Assembly (NCBI RefSeq): GCF_006345805.1
Contig: NC_043005.1
Span: 55,428,001-55,492,000 of the forward strand
DNA: 64,000 nt
From: Octopus sinensis
Taxonomy: Eukaryota
Reading direction: 5' to 3'
Positions 36,901 to 49,312 of this stretch are shown here, one piece after another. How positions within the stretch are numbered: the first letter of the stretch is position 1; every line of letters begins with the position of its first letter. The notes under the pieces were generated by a model that was not told the DNA's origin, made no database searches, and was given only the letters and a program-made list of their open reading frames with translations. The translations under genes and the position numbers were made by a program.

Positions 36901-38010
36901 CTGGAACGAGATAACGAGTAGGGTGGTCACTCTCGCCCGGCAATGGGCCAAAACAACTCTGCCGTCCCGGGTCGACCTTGAGTGACTTCAACACAATCAA
37001 AGCATTCTATAGGGGATTAGTGGAGGGGAGGGACGACGACGATCTTGGGGCAAACCTGGGCGTCGACGAGGAATACCTGACCCGCCTGTTTGAAACGACT
37101 TTCGGGTCGGGATCTATGGACAACTTCCAGAGATCCCTGGCCTGGCAGTGCTACCGAGAAGCGCTACCCGTTCGAGATAAGCTCTATAGGCATGGCTCGA
37201 GGAACACGGGGCCGACCTGCCCGAGATGCGGGCAGAGCGACGAAACCGTTCTGCACGCAATCGTGCCGTGTCCAACAATCTCCGACCTGTGTGCTTATAT
37301 CGAACAACTGCTGTCACGTGTGGGACATGTCGGTTTATCAGCCGAGTCTATCGTTAATATCGTCACGCCTCCTTCCTTCAAACGGGAAGGAAGAGCTATT
37401 TTTATCATACTTGTGGCTATGGCGAAAGAATGTATCTGGTGGACGTGCCTGAAAGGATTAGAGACAAACACTTTCCTCTCTGGTCAATCTCTCATCAACT
37501 TCTTCAAGTATCACTTGAAGAGGAAAGTGAGAGTAGAGAGGCAAGTGTTGCCTAGTGAATGTTTTAAAAAAAGATGGGTGAATGTAGCAAGGATGGCACA
37601 TATGAATGACGAAGCCACCTTGACTATGATCCTATGAACCGTAAAAATTAAGACAGAGAGCTGCTTATTTGTAAAAAGAAATATAACATGTGACTTCATT
37701 GACCGAGGTTACCGTGGTATTTTCCGTAGGCTTTTCTTTCCACGGGTAAACCTCACTTGTCCTCCCCTTTACTCTTTATATTGACATTTCTGTGATAACG
37801 ATCCCTATTGATCAATTTTTTTCCTTTCCTTTTCTTTTCCTTTCCCTTTTTTTTTAAACTTTATCCCCCCCCCTTTTTTTGTCCTCTTTCTTTCCTTTTA
37901 CGATCACTTTTGATCGAAAACCAACCCCCCTTTTTTTACCCCCAAAAGAAAAGCTCTACCTTGTGATTTGTCCTGTCTGTGTGCAGCCTTGTGTGGCTAA
38001 TAAAGAAACA
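33940..38010 (+). mobile_element. Tx1/L1-clade LINE, 5'-truncated and internally deleted, inserted in (TATC)n
   Basis: Thr/Pro-rich ORF1 remnant, ORF2 with APE-RT-zinc finger, pyrimidine-rich 3' UTR and AATAAA at 37999-38004. (CTAT)n lies on both flanks. Confidence 0.92.
34797..37637 (+). pseudogene. Tx1-like ORF2 (APE endonuclease, reverse transcriptase, C-terminal CCHC)
   Basis: NVHGL, YAP, GDWN, SYLDRIL and TDH (APE); KSPGLDGLPYEFY, FRPITLLNAD and LDQSKAFDRVDH (RT); CPRC...HAIVPC. There is an in-frame stop at 35088-35090, and the RT QG/YADD region is deleted at ~36710. Confidence 0.92.
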
Positions 38011-38043
<33 letters not shown>

Positions 38044-38335
38044 GTGTATATATATATATATATTTATATGTATGTATGTACATATGCATCTATGTATATC
38101 TGTATATAAGTATTATAGTTGCGCAGATGGACATTTATGAGTATGACGGTGTGACTAAGAAATTTGCTTGCCAAACCACTTGGTTTCACGTTCAATCTCA
38201 CTTAATAGCACTTTGAACTAAAGTCTTCTTTTAGAGCCTCAGGCTAACCAAATGCATTTGGTAGATGTAAACTGAATGAAGTCCAACACACAGACACATA
38301 TATATATTTATATGTGAATATATGTAAATATGGAA

Positions 38336-38372
<37 letters not shown>

Positions 38373-38383
38373 ATGTATGTATG

Positions 38384-38606
38384 TATCTGTAAATGTAGTA
38401 TGTGACAATTATTCAGTAGCCATGATAAAACTCTGAGTTTTGGATGCCGAGGTGGAAATCTACACCACCATCTCTTCAGTTATGCAGACATTGGAAAAAT
38501 ACTATGAAAAATGACGAGATGGCGGCGTGGATATCCACCTCAGCGTCTGAAACTCAGAGTTTTATCATGGCTACCGAATAATTGTCACATATTACTTTTA
38601 CAGATA
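38384..38606. repeat. ~95-bp inverted repeat whose arms each carry a damaged hammerhead motif
   Basis: atgtgacaattattcagtagccatgataaaactctgagttt / aaactcagagttttatcatggctaccgaataattgtcacat. Confidence 0.85.
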
Positions 38607-38690
38607 AATTCCTCTATTTACATAATATCGAGGTCTCTTTAATTCTTTTGTTGTCTTACCATTTTTATCAATATATATATATATATATAT

Positions 38691-38826
38691 TATTCATGAA
38701 CAAGAATATTATTGACAGTGACTTTGTAGTTTTGGCCTGCTAAACTATCATTGACCAGTAGTCTGATGATAGCTTAGCTAACTGAAACTTTCAAGTCACT
38801 ATCAGTAGCATTCTTGTTTAAGAATA
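38691..38826. repeat. Inverted repeat containing a hammerhead motif in its right arm
   Basis: tattcatgaacaagaatattattgacagtgactt / aagtcactatcagtagcattcttgtttaagaata. Confidence 0.8.
38758..38802 (+). ncRNA. Minimal type-I hammerhead ribozyme motif
   Basis: GTAGT-CTGATGA-T-AGCT tagct AACT-GAAA-CTT tc AAG-TC-ACTAT. The core is intact, the cleavage triplet is GUC, stem I has 5 bp and stem II has one mismatch. Confidence 0.65.
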
Positions 38827-39161
38827 ATAAATTTGTACTCTAATGAAAAGTGTAGAGTAACCTATAAGATTAATGCAAAACTGTTCTTATCATAATTGAA
38901 CATAAAACCAAACATTTGTGCGTATGTGTGTGTGTGTGTGCGTGTGTGTGTGCGTGTGTGTATGTGTGTGTGTGTTTGCGTGCGTGTGTGTGTGTGTGCG
39001 TGCGTGTGTGTGTGTGTATGTGTGTGTGTGTGTGTATGTGTGTGTGTATAAGATGGCTGTTGACTCATTAATCAAGTATGACTTTTCTCAACACCATCAC
39101 TGACAGGGTGATGCATACATTTAGGCACCATCTAGTTAAAAAGCAACAACATACAGACTTG

Positions 39162-39397
39162 TATTGGGTTGGTGCATAATAATTGTGGCTTTTTTTCAAC
39201 AAATTTTATGCACCTAACAAAAACATCTATAAATGATTATTCCGGAGCATATTCACCATCTACTTCAATTACTGCTTCCCATTTGCTTGGCAGACGGTCA
39301 GACTGTCATTTAAAGATGCTTTTTTTAAATATTGTTATTGATTTTGTTGAATAAAATTTGTTGAAAAACGCTGTAATAATTATGCATCAACTCAATA
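39162..39397 (-). mobile_element. Mariner-derived MITE
   Basis: TIRs TA|ttgggttggtgcataataatt / aataattatgcatcaactcaa|TA. The interior retains the transposase C-terminus LPSKWEAVIEVDGEY on the minus strand. Confidence 0.8.
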
Positions 39398-39739
39398 GAT
39401 AATATGGTACTGAATATTTACAGTTTAAAATTACTATAAAATGGTTTGAGATGAACACGACTATTTAGTCTAACAAAAGATTCACAAATTTTTCCCCACA
39501 GACATGAAAATACTTTGATTTTGTTATAGAGAACACTGAAAATTGTTAATGTGAAACTTTATGTACCTCGTCAACCCAGACGTACTTCTGTAGATCTTAC
39601 TGCAAATAGATCAAGATAATTCGAGAGATTTTAACTGCAAAAAGTCAGCAGGGAACTAAATAAGTACTTCTATCTGTCCAGCTTGGATGAGACAAATATG
39701 GTTGCAGGCATCACAAGTTAGGAGAGAAGTGTTATTGGC

Positions 39740-40660
39740 CATAAGCAAACCCTTTATTGCTTCTCTTTTTTATCACTGCATATTTCTGCATGTTACCTTC
39801 AAACAAGGCACACCTCAAATTTCTCTCTTCCATTTTGGTCAATCCATCACCTCACTCTTCTAGTTATTATGCATCATTTCAAAATTCTTTAGAGAAATAC
39901 ATATTGAATCTCTGAAACACATTTTTGGTTTACATTGAGACCTCTTTGCTCCTTTTATTTGATCATATAACTGTTGTTTAGGCATGTGTTGATCAGTTTC
40001 CTTTATCAGATGGCCAATCCAGTGATGTCTGTCATTGATGAATTTCAGTTTTAAATCCATTCACCCCAGGACACTCAAGTACTTCAGAATCTAATACTTT
40101 GTGTATTGGTCTACTTTTCAGTAGGCAGTTGTGGTCAAATATTTGAAAATTTTTTAAAGAATTAAAATTGCTATGCTCAAGTACAATTTGATACAAATAT
40201 AACTTTGGGCATTTAATATAAAAATTCTAATGTTCAGACCTATGTTCCAAACTTTTGGCCATGACTGTAGAGTGCAAATATCTCTGATGAAATCATTCTA
40301 GTAATTTGATGTGTTTCCTAGGTAATGTCCATGTCTCATATAAGTAAAGAAAGGGTGGATGTACACAAGCCTTGTCCACTGCAACCTTTGTGTTGTTTGG
40401 TAATATTTCTATTAGACCAAATCTGCCCTTCAAGATTTTTGAAAGCCTGAGATGTTTTTGGAAGACAGTTAGCTATTTTATCATCTAACAAACAAACATG
40501 ATTCAACACATTCCCAAGATATGTAAATTTATTCACAACATTCAGCTTTGTATTTTGAAGAAAAATCTCAGGTTCATAATACAAGTAGGAAGCTGGTTGA
40601 AACACAAGAACAGTTTCATCTAAAGTTATTGTTAGCCCAAAGCCATATAAAATTCATCAG
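39740..40660 (-). pseudogene. Old RTE/BovB-like LINE fragment
   Basis: LNVVNKFTYLGN...SQAFKNL...IWSNRNIT and WIGHL...MPKQ.LY.QI...KRS..KPK..FRD in ORFs 40336..40605 and 39860..40060. Confidence 0.8.
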
Positions 40661-41024
40661 GTTTAAGCATTAGGTGACGCAGGTCCCTGGTTGAATAGGT
40701 TACCTAGTCACAGCCAAGCATTTGCTGAAGATTGGAGATGATATTGATATTATGATTGTGGATAATAACTTTCATTAATATAAGGAGTATTTCCCTTTTG
40801 CTTGACCATAAGAGTGTAATTCTTGCAGTCTTAAGACCATACGCTTTTTATTTTATGAGAGCATAAAACATATTAGTGTTATGACAACCAGCAGCTGACT
40901 GAATATCTTTTGACAGATTCCTTCACCAATTTTCTTTCATACTTCTTACTGCTCTCTGTACCCCTGCTTTAACTCATTTTAGTTAATTGATTGTGTAATT
41001 GTCAGGCAAAGCTATATAAAAAAA

Positions 41025-41295
41025 GGTAGACAGAAGCTGAAAAGAAGCCCATCGTATATATGTATATATTTATGTGTGTGCCTTTGTGTCTGTGTTTGTC
41101 CCCTCCACCCCATCACTTGACAACCGATGTTGGTATGTTTACATCCCCGTAACTTAGCAGTTTGACAGAAGAGACTGGTAGAATAGGTATCAGGCTTACA
41201 AAAAACAATTCCAGGGGTCAATTTCTTTGAGAGAAAGGCAGTGCTCCAGCATGGCCCCAGTTAAATAACTAAAACAAATTAAAGAATAAAAGAAT
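41025..41295 (+). mobile_element. Family-A SINE, 5'-truncated
   Basis: ggtagacagaagctgaaaagaagccc...gctccagcatggcc. Confidence 0.8.
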
Positions 41296-41617
41296 GCATG
41301 CACATGTAAATATATACATACATATTTGTGTGTGTGTTAGTTTGTGTGTGTGTTTGTGTGTGTGTGTGTTTGTGTGTGTGTATGTGTGTGTGTGTGTGTG
41401 CCTTTTAGCCTTACATAGTGCAATAACTGTAAGCGAAGTTCATTGACACACAAGCTGTGATAATTGTTTCCAATCTTCCATGCAGATGTCTGGTTATAGA
41501 AAAAATTACCTCAAAGATTTCCATTTAACCTGTGCAATCTTGGAAGAACTTAAATGGTAACAATAAAGATGACAACCTGTGTATACTTGCATGTGTGTGT
41601 GTGTACATATATATATA

Positions 41618-42483
41618 TTTTTTTCTTGGGGCTGGCCGAGTTGGAGCAAATATCAGAATTGAACAGCCGAAATTTGCTATGATGATTCGGTGTCTGACTG
41701 AAGATTGAAGGCTTCGAATGATTTGTCTGTGTTCCGTGTTCGTCCCTTCCTGTATTTCACGTTCATTATATATAAAACATTCATTAGTATATTATGCGGC
41801 GTTACGTGCACCCCCCCGTTTGTTTGTCCAATTTTAAACCCTGCACGACTTCTATACACACTGTCTTTTACTACCCGCCATTGCTTCTTCACCAAACTTT
41901 TTGGCGCCCTCCGATTCTTCCCCTCTTTCCTCCCCCTTCTCCATCCTCCTTAATCCCTTCTTTCTCCTTTTCTCTTGGTCACTGATTCTGTCCCCTGCCT
42001 TCCAGCCTCTTTGATTCCCTCTCTCCTGTCTCTCTTTTTCTCTCTCTCCTGCGACCTGCTGCTTTCTTAAACCATTCTGTTGGCCTTCGTATCTCGACCA
42101 ACATGTGTCCCCGCTACCGAAACGGTAATTATTTCTACGCCAGCTATGTTGTTGTTGTGTTTTGTCTCATTTGGTTCTAAAGTCGTATGACAACCATCGT
42201 TATATATGTTTTGTTTATTCATTACTGTTTTCAATTTCGTTTTTTCGTCTCTTGTATTCACATCCGTCTGTGCGTTCACATTCCTGTCTTCTACCAAGAA
42301 ATCTAATGCTTACAGCTTAGTTTTTTTCTTGGGGCTGCCGAGTTGGAGCAAATATCAGAATTGAACAGCCGAAATTTGCTATGATGATTCGGTGTCTGAC
42401 TGAAGATTGAAGGTCGAATGATTGTCTGTGTTCCGTGTTCGTCCTTCCTGTATTCACGTTCATTATATATAAAACATTCATTA
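41618..42483 (+). mobile_element. ~865-bp non-coding element with ~165-bp terminal direct repeats, flanked by (TA)n
   Basis: 41618-41786 matches 42321-42483 (ttcttggggctg...aaaacattcatta). The interior is pyrimidine-rich and the ends are not TG..CA. Confidence 0.65.
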
Positions 42484-43074
42484 TATATATATATATATAT
42501 ATGTATATATAAATACACACCACATATAATTATATATATATATATGCATAGACATGTATATATATGTGTATATACATATGTATGTGTGTGTGTGCATGTG
42601 TGTGTGTATGCATGCATGTCTGTGTAGATATGTGTTTATATACATATATGCATGCGCACTTATATGTAGATATTTAGATATGTAAACACACACACTCACA
42701 CACGCATACACTCACACATGCATATACTAATGCACGCATATGCACATACATAGAAAGTGAGATATTTGTGAATAGAATGTTTACATGTTATTTATTACAT
42801 TTCTCAAACACAAAATGAAGAAAAATCGTGGAAGACAGAGAGATAGAATGAAATAATGAGATAGAGAGAGAGTGAAAAAAAAGAGAGAGAGAGAAAGAAA
42901 GAGGGAGAGAAAGAAAGAGAGAGAGAGTAAGATAATAAGAAACTGTCCTTTTGGAAAACATACAAAAACCAAACTAACTGATTCATGACCTGAGATATAG
43001 GAATATCCTACATATTTTTACTAGGCCATGTATAAACTATATTTTCACAAAGTGATTTATGTACCACACACACA

Positions 43075-43124
<50 letters not shown>

Positions 43125-43488
43125 ACACACACACACACACAACACACACACACACATTCACGCACACATACACACACACAAACACACACACACACACACA
43201 CATACACACACAAACACACACACACACATACACTATCTAGCCATATATATATATAATATATAATAATAATAATAATAATATATATATATATATATATATA
43301 TGATTATTTATTTGTTTATGTGAAATCATGTGTTGAAACTGATATTGTTATACTGGGGGTGGTCATATTTTGCCAATTAACTTGACCTCCATATATTTGG
43401 TCTTCAACCTTATTATTATTATTTTAGTTTCTTTGTCAAAGCAATGTCCATCCTCAATATAATGATATATGTATATGTATGTGTATAT

Positions 43489-43541
<53 letters not shown>

Positions 43542-43747
43542 TATATATATATATATACATACATACACACCCACACGCACATATATATATATATAAGTAT
43601 ATATAGATATACCTATCTATACACACACATATATATTATATATATATATACGTATATTTGCTCACACAGGCAATTATGTATTCACACATGTACAAGGATG
43701 CATACATGCACACACACACATGCACACACACACATTCACAGGTGCAT

Positions 43748-44112
43748 GCATGGCTGTGTGGTAAGAAGCTTGCTTCCCAGCCACATGGTTCAGGATTCAG
43801 TCCCACTGCGTAGCCCCTTGGGCGAGTGTCTTCTACCGTAACCTCGGGATGACCAAAGTCTGTGAGTAGATTTGGTAGATGGAAACTGAAAAATGCCCAT
43901 TGTATACACACACACACATATATATATATATATTTGTGTATCTGTGTTTGTCCCCCCACCATCAGTTGGCCACCTATGCTGGTGTGTTTACATCCCCATA
44001 ACTTAGCAATATAATAAGCACTACAAAGAATAAGTCCTGAGGTCGATTCATTTAACTAAAGGCAGTGCTCCAGCATGGCTGTTGTCAAATGACTGAAACC
44101 AGTAAATAAAAG
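43748..44112 (+). mobile_element. Family-A SINE
   Basis: Head, centre and tail are recognisable. Confidence 0.85.
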
Positions 44113-44582
44113 AATATATATATAAATATATTTATTTATTTATTTATTTATTTACTTTAATCAAAGACATTCCAAATATGACCAACCATTATATTTTTTG
44201 CCTATGTGGTGCAAGAAACTAAGGACTATACTATCTAATGTCATTTATATCTTATTCTAAGGTGGTAAGGTGGTATTTGTGGGAAATTCAGCTGCTATTT
44301 CTAGCAGATAGTGTGACTACATAGAAGCACTCTTTTTAGCTGATAGTTGCTGCTACTGTGGATGTTGTTGTTGTTGCTGTTGTTGTTAAAGGTGGTGATG
44401 TAGGAATGGTGGGGTCGGTGGTGTAGAGGTGCTGGGGTCAGTGGTGACCAAGAAATTAACGAGTAATGAGTAATAACTCTGATTAACACTTGTTGTCTTA
44501 ATCCTAGTATGTGTCTCTTTGATGATATTTCACCAGCCAGGACATTAGTTTGCTGTTTCACTATAATTACTTTGTTTGATAG

Positions 44583-44644
<62 letters not shown>

Positions 44645-44801
44645 ACATACACACACAGAAATACATATATGCAAGCACATTTTCTCATACACATATGCAC
44701 ACATACACATCACATTTTAGTACATGCATGCAAATATGTATGTATCCACACACATACACATATAAATACACAAACATGCACAGACAGACATATACATGTC
44801 C

Positions 44802-44845
<44 letters not shown>

Positions 44846-44865
44846 TTATTTATAATATATATATT

Positions 44866-44897
<32 letters not shown>

Positions 44898-44907
44898 TTA
44901 TATATGT

Positions 44908-44966
<59 letters not shown>

Positions 44967-45504
44967 ATAAATATATATATATATGTGCTGGGATACAAAT
45001 GTTCATATACATATGCACATGCACACACACAAGATGACACTCACACATAAGGTTACATACATATGCATATGTACCCACACATATGGATGCATACATGCAA
45101 ACATATCCTTGCATACAGATATTCGCTCACACAAACAAACACACAGGCAAACATGCATTGACACACATGCACAGGAATGCATACATGAATGCACATATAT
45201 AGGCACATCCACATATACACACATACACACACACATACAAATACTCATACACACACATGCATATGCATACACGCACACACACACATACATACACACACAC
45301 AAGCACACACAAGCAAACAGACACATACACAAACACACACACAGACATACACACACGCACGCACACACACACAACCACACACACAAACACAGAGAAACAC
45401 AAACACACACACAGGCATATGCACACACAAACACACACACACAAGCACACTCACACAGACGTAGACACACACACAAACACAGGCACACACACACACACAT
45501 TATC

Positions 45505-45830
45505 TTTCACCATTTACTTGTTTCAGTCATTATCTGGGACACCACCTTGAAGGGCTTCATTAAAATTGAAATCGACCCTAGTGCTTATGTTTTCTTAAGC
45601 CTGATTAGTTATTCTGTAGGTCTTTTTTATGCCAAACTGCTAAGGTATGAGAATGTTAACAAACCAACACCGATTGTCAGGCAGTAGTGGGGGACAAATA
45701 CAAACTCAAAGATGCACACACACAGATATATATGTGTGTGTATACATGAAGGGCTTCTTTTAGTTTCCATCTACCAAATCCACTCATAAGGCTTTGGTCA
45801 GCCTGAAGCTGTAGAAGAAAGACACTTGCA
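45505..45830 (-). mobile_element. Diverged family-A SINE
   Basis: ttacttgtttcagtcatt...ctaccaaatccactcataaggctttggtc. Confidence 0.75.
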
Positions 45831-45925
45831 TTTGAACTCTAAGCTTAAAGACATGAAATGCCACTAAGCATTTGTCCATCATGCTAACAATTCTGCCAGC
45901 TCACCATCTTTATTGTAACAATGAT

Positions 45926-45980
<55 letters not shown>

Positions 45981-45983
<3 letters not shown>

Positions 45984-46528
45984 GCCCTGATGCTGTACCA
46001 GGCAGTGGCTCTCATGGCTTCTGATCTTAACTGATTAGAAGTGTTATCATGTACATTGATTTGTCTTGGTGTAAAAGATGGGCTAGAGCAAATATTCTGC
46101 TCAATACCACAGATTTACTTGTCAGTTGTTTGACCTTAACCAGTTGAGCATGTCCCTTAGTGGCTGACAATATTTGCATCTCTGATCATGAGCAGAAGTA
46201 GTGGGGGAGCATCATAGCTGTGTGTAGAAAAGAATTTTTAGAGGTTTGGATAATTCACCTCTGGAAACATGGGTGTTTCGTTCAACATCCTTAAACAATC
46301 CTTATTCAGGGACCTTTTGAGCAGGATGGGCTACTCGACATGAAGAAAATTCTAACTGGGCTCCATCTGCAAGGTCATGCACTGTTTATCTTGATATGAG
46401 ATGCACATATGGTTGTGATGCATGTGCCTGGTGTACCCTTATCAGACAAGTAGTCATGATGGGTATCCTGGGCTTCATATATTTTACCCCAGTGTCACTT
46501 TGATGGCATGCACTGCTCTCTCACTCAA
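45981..46528. mobile_element. Non-coding element embedded in (TAA)n, possibly non-autonomous R4/Dong-related
   Basis: A higher-complexity ~550-bp block flanked on both sides by (AAT)n, with no credible ORF. Confidence 0.45.
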
Positions 46529-46564
46529 TGATAATAATAATAATAATGATAATAATAATAATAA

Positions 46565-47156
46565 TCATCATCATCATTTAGCGTCCGCTTTCCATGCTAG
46601 CATGGGTTGGACGGTTCAACTGGGGTCTGTGAAGCCAGAAGGCTGCATCAGGCCCAGTCTGATCTGGCAGTGTTTCTACAGCTGGATGCCCTTCCTAACG
46701 CCAACCACTCCGTGAGTGTAGCGGGTGCTTTTTACGTGCCACCCGCACAGGTGCCAGACGGAGCTGGCAAACGGCCATGGACGGATGGTGCTTTTTACGT
46801 GCCACCGGCACGGGGGCCAGGCGAAGCTGGCAACGGCTACGATCAGATGGTTCTTTTTATGTGCCACCGGCACGGGGGCCAGTCGAGGCTGGCAATGGCC
46901 ACGGATGGTGCTTTTTACGTGCCACCGGTTTGGAGGCCAGTCAGGGCGGGGCTGGCAACGGCCACGATCAGATGGTTCGCTTACTTGTCACCGGCACTGG
47001 TATCACAGCTGCAATTTCCATTGATGTTGATTGACTTCGATTTTGGTTCTGCTTTCTGATATCTGATTTGATTTGGTTTGATTTTGATTTTGATTTTTGA
47101 TTCTCACTTGCCTCAACGGGTCTTCACAAGTGGAGTTTTGTGTCCCAAGAAGGAAA

Positions 47157-47158
<2 letters not shown>
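46565..47158 (-). mobile_element. Monomeric family-D element
   Basis: The reverse complement has ccttcttgggacac...gaagacccgttgaggcaagtg, (aaatc)n, ~5 gtggcacgtaaaaagcacc subunits, the terminal module and (GAT)n. Confidence 0.9.
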
Positions 47159-47196
<38 letters not shown>

Positions 47197-47256
47197 TTAA
47201 TAAAATAATAATAATAATAATGATAATAATAATATAATAATAATAATAATAATGAT

Positions 47257-47380
47257 ACGCAAAACACTTTCAATACAGTAACCATCAGAGCATCACAACA
47301 AATCACAGCGCATACCCAAGGCACACAGAGCTGCGCTCAGTAGTGAAGTGAAAGCACGCTATAAAAATAAAACTATTGAG
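47257..47380 (+). mobile_element. 3' stub of a second R4/Dong-like LINE in (TAA)n
   Basis: Begins RKTLSIQ* (compare LRRALSM* at 23878), has a short UTR and is flanked by (AAT)n. Confidence 0.55.
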
Positions 47381-47957
47381 TAATAATAATAATAAGGCGC
47401 AGGAGTGGCTGTGTGGTAAGTAGCTTCTTACCAGACAGACGTGCTGTTTTTTGCTCCGGCAAATGTCACGTGTTAACGTGAATTATTGAACATTTTACGG
47501 CAACAGGTAGGACATTTTGGACATTTTTGGAAGCATAGTGAGGTTTATTGCTAGCCGTTAATACTTTTTTGGCATTAATGTTAATTAGCGTTAACACTTT
47601 TCTGCGCGTAACAAGCTTCACTTTGCTTCGGATGTATTTGTTCTGCCTGTTGGCGTATTTATTGTCTCACCTTTTAGTGAGAATTGTGTATTTTGAAGAG
47701 GCATAGCCCCTCCTCAAAAATTAATTTGTTCGCTTGGATTTACCACGGAGAACCAATTGTGCTTGGATTTACCACGGAGAACCAAGTGTGCTGCAACTAG
47801 GAGTACCCTGTTTCGTGAGGATTACCAGTTGCAGAACTGTGTTGCCATTATTTGAACTGTCTTCCTTCGTCCTTTTCTTTGTTCTGTCTTTCTGTTCTGT
47901 CATTGTGTTTTTTTCTTATTGGACTTTGAACTTTTAGTTGAACTTTTTTTCAAAATC

Positions 47958-49168
47958 ATGGCAACAAAAGAAACCACTGCTTTGGAATGGGAGGTTGTCC
48001 CACCCAAGCAGTGGATTGAAAGTCTTGAGAAGAGGACGGTGGTCCTACGAACCTATTCTAGGTCACGTGGAGCTATCGCCCTCTTCGACAGGAGCACCAT
48101 AGAGAAAGAGTTGGGGGACCACCTACCAACGATAAAGTTTATTTCTCGGGGGAGTAAATTTGCAACGGTGTGGTTGCTGTTTGGTACCCCCGAGGAAGCT
48201 AGCAGATTTGCTAGCGAGCCACTGGAGGGAGAGGAAATTTTGTTCCTCCCCTCGTATTGTGACAGAAAAGTAAAAAGAGCCTGGGTTTGTGGGCTGCCCC
48301 CGGGCACGGAGGCGGAATGGATCGAGAAGACCATCCGGCGAGGCCTGGGGATAGCGGACCCAGGCTACTGAGTGTGAAAATGGCTCCCGCGGTCGCCTGG
48401 GAGGGGTCAAAGGCAACTTTGACCCTGTGGACACCGGTGGCCGTGGGAGAAATGAAATTCCCGGACTTCCTGAGAATGGCTGGGCACAGGTACCCGGTGA
48501 TACTCGAGGGACGCCCCCCCCCAAGTGTCACCTGTGCCTGAAGCCCGGACATATCAAGAGGAATTGTCCCGGGGGCCATGGTGGTGCCCCGGAGCATGAA
48601 GGGGAAAAGGCGCCCGCCGCCCCCTCATTTGAGGGGGAGACGGTGGAAGTCGTGGAGGAGGTTGCCTCCACGAAAAGAAAGAGACAGGCGAGCAACAATG
48701 GCTGCTCGCCAAAGAACGCTCAGGTGGCGGAGAGGGATAGCGATCCCCCGAGTCTGGTGACGGAGACCCTGGGTCAGCAGTCTCCCCCAAAAGAAGGAGG
48801 AGAAAAAGAAAGAAAGGTCGGGCAGCTGATATCCATGAGCCGCAGACGTTGGCAGGAACTGTGCCGCCAACGAAAGAACTGAACGTATTGGTCCTCTTCT
48901 ATAGAGGAGGAGAAATTGAAAAAAAAATGATGGAAGAGTACCACAAGGAGCTCCTTTAGCCTTCACACAGGACCCCGAATGGCCTCCGCAGATAGCTGTG
49001 GAGGCCGTGGCGTTCGACGTGATGCTTGGGCTAAAGGAGCTCAATGAAGATTATAGCTTGGTCCCGGGCGACGCGAACTCGGAACTTGATTACGTTCTGA
49101 GGGAGGCATGTATGATGGTGGAGGGCGCAGGCACAAGCTATTTCGAGGACAATATATGTAATTATTGA
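47958..49168 (+). pseudogene. LINE ORF1-like protein with CX2CX4HX4C zinc knuckle, frameshifted in this assembly
   Basis: MATKETTALEW...VCGLPPG (frame of 47919..48371), ...RYPVILEGRPP (48287..48541), KCHLCLKPGHIKRNCP (48427..48882), and a further open frame ending ...EDNICNY* at ~49168. Confidence 0.75.
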
Positions 49169-49175
49169 ACTGTTA

Positions 49176-49312
49176 GTATTAATAATGGACTGCTAAGTCC
49201 AAAAATTGGAAAATTGAAAGAGGTTTAATACATCGTTTTGCATTTTTATTAATAATGGACTGCTAAGTCCAAAAATTGGAAAAATTGTAAGAGGTTTAAT
49301 ACCTCGTTTTGT
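49176..49312. repeat. ~70-bp tandem duplication in the element's 3' UTR
   Basis: tattaataatggactgctaagtccaaaaattggaaaa...agaggtttaatac.tcgttttg occurs twice. Confidence 0.9.
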
